A stretch of 64,000 bases of DNA from Bugula neritina (Eukaryota > Animalia > Bryozoa). The notes beneath the pieces are model-generated. The model saw nothing but the letters and a program-made list of their open reading frames with translations. It did no database searches and was not told the origin of the DNA. This document shows positions 50,801 through 62,829 of this stretch, piece after piece. The stretch's first letter is position 1. Every line of letters starts with the position of its first letter. Both the position numbers and the translations under genes were made by a program. The DNA lies in the NCBI GenBank assembly GCA_964035545.1, contig OZ037768.1, forward strand, positions 8,278,741 through 8,342,740, in the 5' to 3' direction.

Positions 50801-53800
50801 TTCCTAACATCAGCAAGTGTCTTTATTCAGATTTAAGCTACAAAATGTGTTTCCTATACCAAGGCTGCTCCCTATAGCTCACACAATGTACGAAAGCTTT
50901 TTCACACACTAGATTAGAATGATGGTGCACATCTAGTAAAAGTTAGATGGCTAGATTAGGTTTAGTGCTTAGGCAATCAGATTTTGGAAATGTCTAGCCA
51001 GTGTTTTAGGGCAACTTGATGTTTAATAAATCTAGAGACAACCAGACTTTACAAAACTCACTATGCCTGAAAACGCTGGCTAGTCAGTTCCCTTCACCAG
51101 AGCAAAAAGAAGAAAGAAGCTTACTTTAATTAATGAGTCATTTAAACTTTCTTCATTTTCATCTTCATTGTCCAGCACCAGCTTTCTGCTCAGCTCATCT
51201 CCCTAAAATGTAGCAGCATACATTTCCATGCCAAGTTCTCACTTATTGCACTGCCATCTTATAACACCAAATGCACTCTTGAGGTAAACATATCAAAAAA
51301 TTCCCAAAATAAATATCGGCTGGTAAAAAGAGATTAGTCATTAGCCTCTTTCATACACATCTTTGGCAATATTAGTTTCATTGTTACACAAAATATTGCA
51401 CAAGCAATAAACTGCTTTCAAGGAAAGCAATTTTTTTTTCAAAAATATCAAAGACAACATATGGCATTACGACACAAAAATATTTAATGGAGGTCTTTAA
51501 CTTGACTAAATTGCTTTATAGTACACTTTACCTGAAACTTTACACTGCTCAGACTTTTCTGAGCAAACCTTTGGGACCAGGTCACATGTTTGCCTGTCCC
51601 GATCTGCAATAATAACATAGCAGTTTACCATTTTAAGATGATACTCCCAACTGTTGCTGGAAGATATGAAAAGATGGATGTGAATAATGAAGTGATGGTA
51701 ATAGTGAAGACTTTTCTTAACAACACTTTTGATCAAAAATTCTAAAATAACAAGCAGATAAAAAAACATGTTAAACCTCTTCTGAAAGTATATGTTAATC
51801 GATATTTTTGTTGATTTCAAAGAGCCATGTGACCTGCACATTGTGGCCGAAGTTAACATGTTGCTGTTAGACCTGACCGAGTGTATACCAAATCCCTATT
51901 ATCTGTTGCAGTTGTTAGACTGAGCGTCAAACAAAGAAGCAACACCTCTATTACTGAAAGCAAATCTGTAAAACAGGTCACAAGAGTGGAAAATTGTATC
52001 CATCCTCTGAGTTATAATTGGAATTCAAATTCTAAACCAGAAATTAAAAACTGGAGCTGGATAAACAAAGTACTGAAAACTGAATCTGAAATGAGCAGTA
52101 ATTGTTTAGAATGTTCCAGTTTGGTACCTATAAAGATATGCTATGTTAATGTTTTGAGCTTTACCGGTGTCTTGGTCAGGTACTTCTTCTGTGAGCTCTT
52201 CAGCGCAGATTTCAACTCAGATTGCCTGATATTTGCTTTATCATAAACTGATAGTTTACGGCGTGATGGTGTCTTCATGGCTATAAAAATGGAGAGATAC
52301 AATTTAAAACTATAGTATACCAACTTGAATTTTGTTGGCTAATAAATCCATGGCTAATTGATTGTAACATATAAACACCGTATATAGTGTTTAGAGATAA
52401 ACGAAGCTGGTGTAAATAGCCGTAATGATAAAAATTAGCCAATCTTGCAAGCCTGAAAACATGCATAAATTAAACATCAACAAACATTTTCTGAAGAAAA
52501 TTAAATATATATAAAATATTTACCTGACTTGGGATCTGCTAAAATATTGAGAGTTCTTAAAGGAGACCGACTTTGCAATTCTCCAGAAGTAGCAAGAGAG
52601 CCGAGACGCTGGGAGTGGTGGTTTCTTGAAGATAGCAGATCATACACAGACTTTCTTGGCCGAACTTCATCCTAAAAGCACACAAAACCGCATTAATAAA
52701 TATTTTGGAATCACGAAAACAATTGATTAAATTAAATAGTACACTATCAACGTGACACTATTACTATATATTACAACTTACTTTTGGTTGAGAATCAGTG
52801 TTGCCATGAAGGATTTGGTGCAAAGATGAAGGCATCACCTTAAAATCTTCCTTTTCTAAGAACCAAATAAAAATAATTAGTAATATATATATATATAGTA
52901 AAATGAGAGTTTATAAAACGTTACAAGAGTGCTCTATAGAAATAAATCTAGAGCATAAAAATTAGAAGAAACGAAATGAGATTTGATTAATATAATGGAC
53001 ATTTATAACTATCACAGAACGATGTGCACTCGTCAGATAAAATCGTCATTATGATTGCTCACAACTATAAAATATTGTTATATGTAAATATACACAGAAT
53101 AAAGCTAGAGGATTAAAATATAACAAAGAGGTAGTATTGGATATAATTGGCTATGTCACAGCATTCTTGAGTAGAAATTTACTGCTATGTCTGCATATGG
53201 ATAAAAAGTCATTGCGCTTATTGAGAAAAAATAACTGTGGCTTGTAAAGGATAAAATATTTTTCTCATAAGCCCAGCTGACAGCTTTTAGTAATGTTATT
53301 GTATGGCTGAGCTTTTCTGAGAATTCTCCAGGATATTACAATAAATACAAGCAAAGTGTTTCAATTTGCATTTATCTATATATTTAAAAGTACATTTCGT
53401 CTATTAAAAATAGAATTTGAAGAAATATAAACTTTTAAATAAAAATGCAAAACAGCTTCATTTAAGTTTACCTGAAACAAATCCGCGTTTCTGCGTTGAC
53501 TTTTCTGTAGTTTTTAAACCAGTCCTATCTTTGGATAGCTGTTTGGAACGCCTAAATTGAAATTAATGATAGTTGGCAATTACTAACCCACAAAGTTTAA
53601 ATGTTGCTAGTTGGCAAATATTAACACACCCAGTTTAAAATTGAATTACAGCATCAACAAGCAATGAACTCACGTAGATTTACTTTGACTGTCAACTTTT
53701 TGGGATGATTTTACAGTAGTTGGCTTCACATATTTTCTGCTTGTTGTTGACAGATGACTAACCTAGATTTATAACATAAACCAGGATTACTAGTGATACA

Positions 53801-54101
53801 GATTATATCCAATAAAAGCAATGACATATAAAAAGGTTTCTTACTTTTTTCATTAATTTGCCTCTTTCAGGAACACCAGGTTCACCTACTTCCTCTTTTA
53901 CCTTTGATTGAGTGAATTTTGGCTTAATCTTTTTCTGGACAGGTATCTTAGAGCTAATAACATTTCAGAACACCATATTAAACTAAAAACGGACAAATTT
54001 GTGCCACAAACAATTTTATTTACATTCAAACAATTACAAAATGAAACGACTTGAACTTACACGTTAGACCTGTCTCTGAGAGGCTTTTGCTTACTGTCCA
54101 T
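47900..54101 (-). CDS. tastin (TROAP)-like mitotic protein, about 12 exons; the start may extend to an ATG at 56324
   Basis: Spliced [22 protein letters not shown]...[19 protein letters not shown]...[large exon ~50657-48958]...[51 protein letters not shown]. The SKIP, F...P.SL..IL.G and LDDE..F..R...PV..LL.....F.PI blocks recall vertebrate tastin motifs. Confidence 0.65.
48004..48114. mobile_element. inverted-repeat/MITE remnant in the last intron of the tastin-like gene
   Basis: TCACTGCTTTCCCATTGCTTC (48004-48024) versus GAAGCAATGGGAACGCAGTGA (48094-48114): 21-bp inverted repeat with one mismatch. Confidence 0.55.
50700..50885 (-). mobile_element. degenerate copy of the tRNA-derived SINE
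   Basis: Minus strand has, in order, GTGAGCTATAGG..., TGATGTTAGGAAGGGCAT, TCCTTAGCCT and CATCAGGGTTTCTTCCAGGGATGGAGACTA, collinear with the 59338 element. Confidence 0.65.
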
Positions 54102-57100
54102 TTTTAAAGATTCATGCAAACACTTCTACAAAGAAACAAAGTTGCAAGCACGATAATTTATTGAATGATATAAAAATGGGTGACATAGTATGATGATGAA
54201 CTGATGAAACAAGTTGAATAATAGTAAAAGGAAGTATCAAGATATACCATTATTATAATAAACTCTTTTTACATCAATGCTGAAATACAGATAAAAACTT
54301 AGATCAGATTTTTTGTCGATTCAATAAGATACTTAAAATACTAAAACTTTGTTTTGGTATGTCACACAAAATTCTAAGGCTCATTAAATTATTTGTTAAC
54401 ATTGATTAAAAACTCGCTTTCAAACAACATGATATATGCTTGTAAAACATCAATACTCCGATTTTCAATTTTATTTGGCTACATTAAATAATCATTTTTA
54501 ATTTCTACCATATTGAGAAAAAGTTAGCGAATGCTGCTTATTTTGGTGCTTACCATTAGACTAATCTATCACTACCTAGGTCTGTGTCAAACTTGGTAGT
54601 GTAAAAATTTCAATGAAAAGCAATTGAATAGCCTAATACAAAAAGGTTCAATCAGTTTTTCTATATTCAACTAAATTACAACTCAATACTATGAGACTAA
54701 GTATCAGTATGGTTATTAGCCAACTATAACTATAACTAGTTTGTACTTCACGATGACATTTTCCAGCACTAATACCCTGAGGCTAAGAAGCAAAGTAAGA
54801 GTGAGATTGCTAATAACGCAAGGCCACTAACAGTCACATATAGATGCGAGTGCTAAACCGTAACTGTTCAGAGCTGGGCAAGTCACAGCAGGCGACATAA
54901 AGTCCCATGGCTAGTCATGCCATCTTAGAGACCAAATAAAGAATATCCTAGCAGTAAAAGACTTGAATTAATTCAAGTCATATCAACTTAATCGGTTTAC
55001 AAGTCCTTGAATAATTCAATGTACTAATGTAAATATCCTATATGATAAGAACTAATGAATGGTTAAGTGCATTTCCCAATTTAAATAATAAAGAAGTAAT
55101 TCTAGCTATAACCACTTTCATAATTAACACTTACAAGTAAATTGATATAAGTATATTTATATTGATGCTGAATGATACAGAATTTATAGATTAAATTAGC
55201 TACTTCAATAACTAGAATGTTGAGTATCTTCTATTTCTAGGTGTAATTTTTACATGAATAGTAATAGCTAAAGTAATTGTAATACCACTGCTATGAATAT
55301 TAAATCAATAATAGCTACAGTAAATGAAATACTAATAAACGTAATACTTGTAAATGATCTTTGTAATGTGATAATTTAAAAAGTTATTCATTTCCATTTT
55401 GATTTGTTGGCCAGTTACTGTTACATTTCCTGTTAGATCCTTGAACTTTAGTACTACGTTTAGTTTAAGATTTAAACAAGGAACATCGACTTGTGCAAAT
55501 TAATAAATAACCATAAATATAACAAACTAACATTAATAACAATGAAAAAGTAATAAGTATAACTAATAACCATACTTACACTATTAGTATTGGTACTACG
55601 TATATATTAGTATTACTATTACTATTAGTATTATTATATTAATACATTTTTATTATTATATTAATAATTATTCAATAATTATATCATAATAGTTATTATA
55701 TTTAATTCAATACTTATAGTTATAGCCTACAAACTTAGTAAATATATTACAGTAAATGTACCTATAACCACCATGAAGAATTACTGATGAGTATATATAA
55801 TGAGTGAATCAAAATGACCCAATGAGCATTGAGTGTTGAGTGAATTTTTACGAGGCGAGTCAACCACTAATGACATTATCACTATGAGTATCAGTATGAC
55901 TTTCACTTTTTATTTCAAAATTATTTTAATAACCTTAACTGCACTACTACTAGTACTACTACTTTAACTTGCAGCAAATCAACGGAGCGGAAATATTCAA
56001 ACAGCAGCTATAACTATTACTATTAGTAGTATTTCAAAGTACTAGCCAAGTGCCACAACCAGTGGATGGGTAGTAGTAGTAGTACTACCACTACTTACTA
56101 AAGATTAGAGCTAGTACTACTAGTACTAGTAATAATAACACTCGCTCTACAGTACTCAGTTCTGGTAGCAGTATGAGTAGTACTACCACTACTAGTACTA
56201 GTCACAGTGATGTCTGGGGCAACCGACAGTGACTTAGAGTCAGTCGCTGTAAAAGTTATTTCATCAATAAAAGTAACTGTAGTACAAGTCTAATCACTTT
56301 CAGTTTTGTAGCTAATCTGTTCATGTTTCGTTGCTTGACTTGAAGTTGAACCTAGAACTATAAGTAGAACTAGAAGTGTCTTCTTTTACTTTCCAATTTC
56401 TGAGCCTGCTTTTTAACTACTCACTGATCTTATATTTTAAATTTTATAACTAATTTCAATTATATATCATTTAAATTTAAGAAGCCACGCCGTCATGACT
56501 GTCAGTGTGACTGTGGGTGTCAGTGCTGAAGTTAAACTGAGACTCAGTGCCACACACTCACAGTGACTGTGAGTCACACTCTTACAGTCTGAGTCTCAGT
56601 CCCACTCCCACAGAGTCTGAGTCACTCACACTGTGGGTACTGGTATGATAATCATAATAATAATTCATTAATTGCTTGATTTTAAAATATTATATAAATA
56701 CAATAATTAATTTAAAGTTTGTGGTTTTGAAAATGTTATTACTGTTATGAGTATGTCTTTACGAGTTCGCAGGTTTCCGATAAGCTAAATAACGTTTTGA
56801 TTACATTTGAATTCAGCGGAAATATATTGACAATGTTCGCCGATTTTCTGTAGAGAAAAAGTATACTACAAGCCCGCGTTGCAGATGACAGAAAATAGTC
56901 AAAATTTTATAACAAACTGTTAAATCTGGCTTCGCTAGCTAAGAAGACCGCGCCACTCATTGCATCTTTTGCTGACATCGATGAGCCGCACTAATTGGAA
57001 TTATTGTAACAGACTAGACTTGGTATAGGGCATAAATTTGCTACCCTGGTTATGCGCCGAGCTTACCAAAATTTAACGCTACATAACAAGCTTTTTTATT

Positions 57101-58356
57101 AAAATATGAAAATAAATAAAATATGGACTGTAAGTTAAAAAGATGTAAATCAAAAGATTTGTAAGTTACTTATATCTAGTTTCACACTATAATTTATAAT
57201 TATTATTATCCTCGGAGCTCGGCATCGTTTATAGAAGGCGAAGCCTTTGCTGCAGCTGATCTCGCTCAAAATTAACCAATCCCGCGTGTACTGACTGCTT
57301 ATACAATTTAATTGGTTCAAGTGACAACAGTTCCCAGTAGCTCAATGATTATGAAAGATTTGTACTTGTCAGTAACTGTAAGTGTAAGCATTGATCGACT
57401 TGCATAACGTTAAACCTAATGCGTTCTTATTGCCATTGTCACTATCATTGTGTTGCTTAGAGTTAGTCTCGCTCTTAGTCTTGCTGTTAGTGTTACTCAC
57501 TGCCAGAGTTGCATGAAGTTCTGTTTTTGATGATCTAAGTGCTGAAGTCCTCTAAATCAAAATGTAAATCACTAAAAGTAAATCACTAAATGCAACTCTG
57601 GCTCCAACTGAACTATTAGTATTAGTATTACTAAGTTCAAGTTGGAGTACTTCAAGTTCATCAGTATCATTATCACATTCTGATTCAGTTTCACTAATAC
57701 TTTTATACTTATGGTATTGCCATTAGTTATACTAATCATCATGTTGATTAAATAAAGTTATACTTATTTAGTTATTAGTTATTAATAATATTAATAATAT
57801 CATTTATATTTAATTTTATAACAATCATTGACAAAATGAAAATGATAATTCAATAATTGCTAAAATCAAAAATCTGTGTTCTCACTCTGACCCCCACTGT
57901 GAGTCTCTCTCAATGCCATACTTACTCACTAAGTGCTTGTTGAGTTGTTTACAGTTTAGGCTAGCAATAACATTAACTATCACTATTACGTGTTCGTGTT
58001 AATGTTACTATAGGTATTAGTATAAAGCTAAAACTAAAAGTGTAATGTGACTTAGTCCAATGAGTAACGTCACGGGCACTATGACTATAACTATAAATAT
58101 ACTACCACTTGAGTACTACTAGTTCTAGTCGAGCTTGAACATGAACTAATGAAAATAAGCATAATGACTATACTAATCATTATCATTTATTCATTATCAT
58201 TATGCTTATGTTCATCAGTTAAACTTAATGTTCAAGTTCGATTAGTACTAGTAGTAGTATAGTTGAACTTTATATATAACTATATTAATATTAGTATTCA
58301 TGTTCATATTGAAATTAAATTTGATGTTTAACTTTATAACTTGAAAGCCTAAGTAT

Positions 58357-58760
58357 TGTGGTAGATTTTTGCATGTGCTTGTTTGATTTATGTGGTAGAT
58401 TTTTGCATGTGCTTGTTTGATTTATGTTCTCCTGTTGTTGCCTGAGATCGGCATTTCGGAAAGCCGAAATGCTGAAATACCAATAGTCGGCATTTCGGGC
58501 TGCCGAAGCCCCGAAATGCCGAAGGTCGGCGTTTCAGATCTCCGATCTCGGCAACAAAGGAAAAACCCTATCTCTTGCTGTATATAAAAGCCAGCGAGTT
58601 CCAGTGTAGTTCAGTCTACTACTGGAGCTCACTGGCAGAGGACCTTAAATATTATATCATTCTACTCAATAAAGATTGCTTCAACTGTACAACACATCTT
58701 GTTCTCTCTAACAAAGAGCATGTTCAGGCACTAGTTACATTCAACCCACAAAAATATCAC

Positions 58761-58761
<1 letters not shown>
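58357..58761 (+). mobile_element. solo LTR (Ty3/Gypsy-like by its 4-bp TSD)
   Basis: Begins TGTGGTA and ends TATCACA, with GTAT duplicated on both sides (58353-58356, 58762-58765). TATATAAAAG at 58581-58590 and AATAAA at 58668-58673. The first 34 bp are tandemly duplicated. Confidence 0.75.

Positions 58762-58763
<2 letters not shown>

Positions 58764-58821
<58 letters not shown>
58764..58821. repeat. (ATT)n microsatellite
   Basis: About 19 perfect ATT units abutting the solo LTR. Confidence 0.95.
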
Positions 58822-58823
<2 letters not shown>

Positions 58824-59337
58824 GTACTCAGTATTAGTATAAGCATAAGGTTAAGTATAGCATTAGCTGCATATCACTATCAAATTAAAAATAAATATAA
58901 AATAATATGATCAATATCATTATGGTCATTTCATTGTGATCATCATGGTCACTTTATGTTGCATATGAAGTTTAAGTGATTAAATTTAATAGATAATAAC
59001 AAATTAAAAGTGGTATCAACATAAACATATGGCTAGGCTTTAGGCGTAGCATATACAATATAGATATCAATATGAATATGATAAACGGTTATTGTAATAA
59101 TATTGAGTAAAAGCTAGTACCATTAGTAAACAACTTGGAAGTTATAAGTATTACTATTAGTATAAGTATTAGTAACTATCAGTATTACTATTAGTGAACA
59201 CATGTGAACTTTAGTTTAGCTAAGGTCTACAAACCATTTATATCTTCAAGGTATTTTATTAACAATCATTGTCAGAATAATGACAAGCATAAGCATTAAT
59301 TCAAGTATTTAATACTTAATAGTATAAATATAATATA

Positions 59338-59526
59338 GGAAGGAGCTGTGATCTATGGGTTAGTGCGTTTGCCTGGTAAATACGAATCACGGGTTCGAAC
59401 CCCGACAAAGGCCATTGGTGAGGTTAGGAAGAGCATCCAGTGCCCCATTGAATAAGTCCTTAGCCTTATTTAACAATGACCCTTTTCATCAGGGGTTTTT
59501 TTTACAGGGATGGTGACTATAAACTG
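59338..59526 (+). mobile_element. tRNA-derived SINE with 17-bp TSD
   Basis: A-box-like TGATCTATGGG, B-box GGTTCGAACCC, body GTTAGGAAGAGCATCC. AGTATAAATATAATATA is repeated at 59321-59337 and 59527-59543. Two further copies are in the window. Confidence 0.8.
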
Positions 59527-59830
59527 AGTATAAATATAATATAAATATAATGCTTATATTAATTGGCTTTAGCAAAATGATGCTAGTAGGCATAGAACTT
59601 CTGCAGACTTACTTTGCAGCTTACATACTTCACTATTAGTATCGACATCTAATTATAATAATAATAGAATTAATATTTCTTCATTTTATCTAAAATGAAA
59701 AATAATTATTTGACATCATAGTCATATAACGTGAGGTATCACTGTAAATATAATATTTATTATAAGCTTTGTAATCACAATGATACATTTGCATTATAAT
59801 TATGGTTATCACTGTCAAAATGAGTACAAT

Positions 59831-60293
59831 GAATCCACGACTCCTCGAAAATGACAATTGGAAAACACTAATTTTGAAAACGGACAATTCACCAATAGAC
59901 AACTGGAAAATAGACAATTAGAAAATGGATATTTGGAAAATGACATTTAGAAAATGAAGAATATTAAAGATGGACTAGTTCGGAGGTGGCGTTCAGAATT
60001 CGGCCAGGTCCAAAACAGCTTTCAACAATAAATATGAAGTCTGAATCAATTAGGCCTATCATTGAAGTAGAAAAAGTTACTGAATAGTTTCAATTTCAAA
60101 TTGCACATGTTTACAAAAAGCTATTTTGGACCTAACCAGATGCTGGACGCTCCCTCCAGACTAGTCCATCTTTAATATTTTTCATTTTCTAAATGTCATT
60201 TTCCAAATGTCCATTTTATAATTGTCTATTTTCCAGTTCTCTATCAGTGAATTGTCTCGTTTTCCAATTGTCATTTTCGAAATTTCGTATCAC
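59831..60293. mobile_element. foldback-type element with ~190-bp modular TIRs
   Basis: TCGAAAATGACAATTGGAAAAC...AATATTAAAGATGGACTAGT...GGTCCAAAACAGCTTT is mirrored by AAAGCTATTTTGGACC...ACTAGTCCATCTTTAATATT...GTTTTCCAATTGTCATTTTCGA. The outer arms are built of 14-15-bp GAAAAT(G/A)GACA(A/T)TT subrepeats. Confidence 0.8.
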
Positions 60294-62091
60294 CAGAACC
60301 ATAGCAAGTCATATATTTCTATGATTTTTTTAATAAAAAGTTCATATACAGGCAATGATTTACTCAGTAACTATAGTTATAGTTTATTTTGCATAATTAT
60401 TGGCATTGCTTTTATTAAATTGCTAATTAATAATTGTAATTTTCTACTGCTTAGCAAAATATTTTTGCTACTGAAGTTTGTTTTAAATATTATATTCATT
60501 TTTATAATATTTTATTAAGTACTATGGTGCGTATTTTATATAATACATCTTTCATAGTTATAATTAGATGTCTGTAACTTAACATTGGTTTAATTAAAGT
60601 CTTGTTTATATTTTAATGATTGGCTTATGTTAAAATAGTTTGCAATTGGATTAAATTACATTCTACATTTTGTTTGAATTAACAAATTTTTTCATGGCGA
60701 TGTAAAAATTCATTTTGATTACTTTACCTTTAATTGAAGTTGTGTTAGCTTTGTATCACATGTCGAAGTTACTCTAAATTGTTATAGAAATGTATCCTCA
60801 GTAAACTATTCTTATTCTCATCAGAAAACTGGCTATGCTATTTGATGTTCAATATTGGGTACAAGTAACTAAGTTCTTATATTCTAGCAGTATTCATAGC
60901 CAGTGTTTCGGACATTTTATTTCACTATAATCATTAACGTTTGAATTCTAGCAGGCGCTGCAGGTGATTGCGATGTACAATTCAGCCCAACTCAAGAATA
61001 TTTTTGTAAGGTCACTGTAGTTGAATAGCATAAACAGGTAATTAAAATTTCCTGCTTTACATTACTATAATAAATTAGTTAACTATTTAATTTTATTTTA
61101 TATATATTGTTACAAATGTGATAAGTTCAATAAAGCATGTTGAAAATGAAACAAAGTATAAACGATTGTTACTGAACTTATTATTAGGTTACTTTATTAA
61201 ATTTTGTGAGCTCAAAATTTGAGTGGCTTAATGTATAAAGAATTGAGATAAGTCTACCTATAATGTGATACAATGCAATATAATAAATAACATAATGGGA
61301 AACAATACTAATTATTAAAGTTGTCAAATCTGAAATACCAGTAATATTTACAGTTGCTTCAAGTCTTACTAATTATGATCTAGATATAGTACTCCTTCTA
61401 ATAAAATTTAATCACAAACTCAGTCTTATGCGTTTGAACTCAGTGGCATAGATTTATCAGTCATACATAAATAACTAAAGTTCTCTAGTTATTTACTCAT
61501 GGCTATAACTATTTGTTGTATAAGTGATTTACTAATCTATATTGATAATAATTTTAGTTGTTATTGTTATTTTGCTTTTTCTATTGATAGTCATCAACAT
61601 AATTAGGCAGTTCCTAACTGCTAATTTTTCGCATGCTAAATTATCCATGCTAGTTACTATCACAGCTTCTCAGCATAGCTCATGAATATTTCCAACTACT
61701 CAAAAGTGAGTTCCTATTTTTGAAAGTTGCCATTGAAATAAAATCAATAGCATGCTTTATATGCACAGTTTTATATCTTAGCGCCAATGAAATACATTTG
61801 TCAACTGTCCTGCACACATGCAAAAAGTAATGGCTTCCATAACTCATGTATTTTAACTTTCAAGAGACATCATGGCACTAATGGTTTTGATGTCAATGCT
61901 TAACTCATTTTGTAAAATAGAACTTTCTATTTGCATTTTTTTAGGATTGTAGTTATGTTTTGTCTACTTTTAATAGTCTTCTGTGATATTTTGTTACTTT
62001 GTGTGTATTTTACCAAATCTTTTCACAATGTTTAGATTTAACTGTTGATTTACATTCAATTGTAGTTGAGGTACCAAATCAATGTATTGAA

Positions 62092-62730
62092 ATGAAATGC
62101 AAAGACAGGACTTTGATCAACGTCATTTTTCTTTCAAGTTTTTTACTTTTGACTCTGGTGTGTGTTCACTGTTCAACTCACGAAGTGTCTACAGTCCACC
62201 CTGTAAAAGACAATTTGTACAACACAAGAGCCAAGAGCTTGGAAAATGCTAATCACCAGAATTCCTTGGGTAATATGTTGGCCGAGAAATTGTAAAGCAG
62301 TAAATATTATTTGCTATCATGCAGTCTTTTTGTAGCAGTATTACATGACATAGACAGAGTATCAATATATCTTTATATTTTAATAATTTTAGAATATAAA
62401 AGTTTTAGTTATGACTCATACAAAGGAGATGACTCTAAGCTCATCATACGGAATAAAAGAGATATCACAACTGAAAGCAATTTGAACACTACATCTTTGG
62501 CAACAACTCAAGCTCAGCCAAGCACCACTACTACTAACAGCTCAACAACTGCTTCAATTTCAACTCCAACATCTGATCCCATCCAAACTACAGAAATCTA
62601 TACAAATACAACTAACTCTAGCACTAATTCTTTGACGACATCAACTTCTCTAAATTTAACCACAACAGAAAACTCATCCGAGTCTACCACTTCGCCGGGT
62701 TCTAATATCACCAACACAACAGAAGTTCAT
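62092..62730 (+). CDS. N-terminal two exons of a secreted or membrane protein with a mucin-like Ser/Thr-rich region; 3'-incomplete
   Basis: Exons 62092-62269 and 62393-62730. Hydrophobic signal LINVIFLSSFLLLTLVCVHC, furin-like RNKR, then a T/S-rich tract with several N-x-S/T sequons. Donor GTAAGG at 62731. Confidence 0.7.
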
Positions 62731-62829
62731 GTAAGGGGTTATTATTTTAGATAGGAATTTTTTATTTTGGCTAGTAAAATTGTGCTACAATATTTAAATA
62801 TTATGTTTCATTAACGCACATGCACTTCA

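Noticed and set aside
51631-51970. Extra exon-like segments and the 51506-51859 ORF within the tastin-like gene
   Set aside because: They cannot be joined in frame, whereas the flanking exons (~52167 to ~51603) splice cleanly in phase 0.
58575-58910. 111-aa ORF with poly-Ile
   Set aside because: Translation of LTR sequence plus the (ATT)n microsatellite.
59338-59412. Possible tRNA gene
   Set aside because: Acceptor and anticodon stems do not pair, and it continues into a repeated body with a TSD, so it is a SINE head.
59845-59960. Short regularly spaced repeats resembling a CRISPR array
   Set aside because: Eukaryotic context, no unique spacers, and mirrored in the opposite arm: they are foldback TIR subrepeats.
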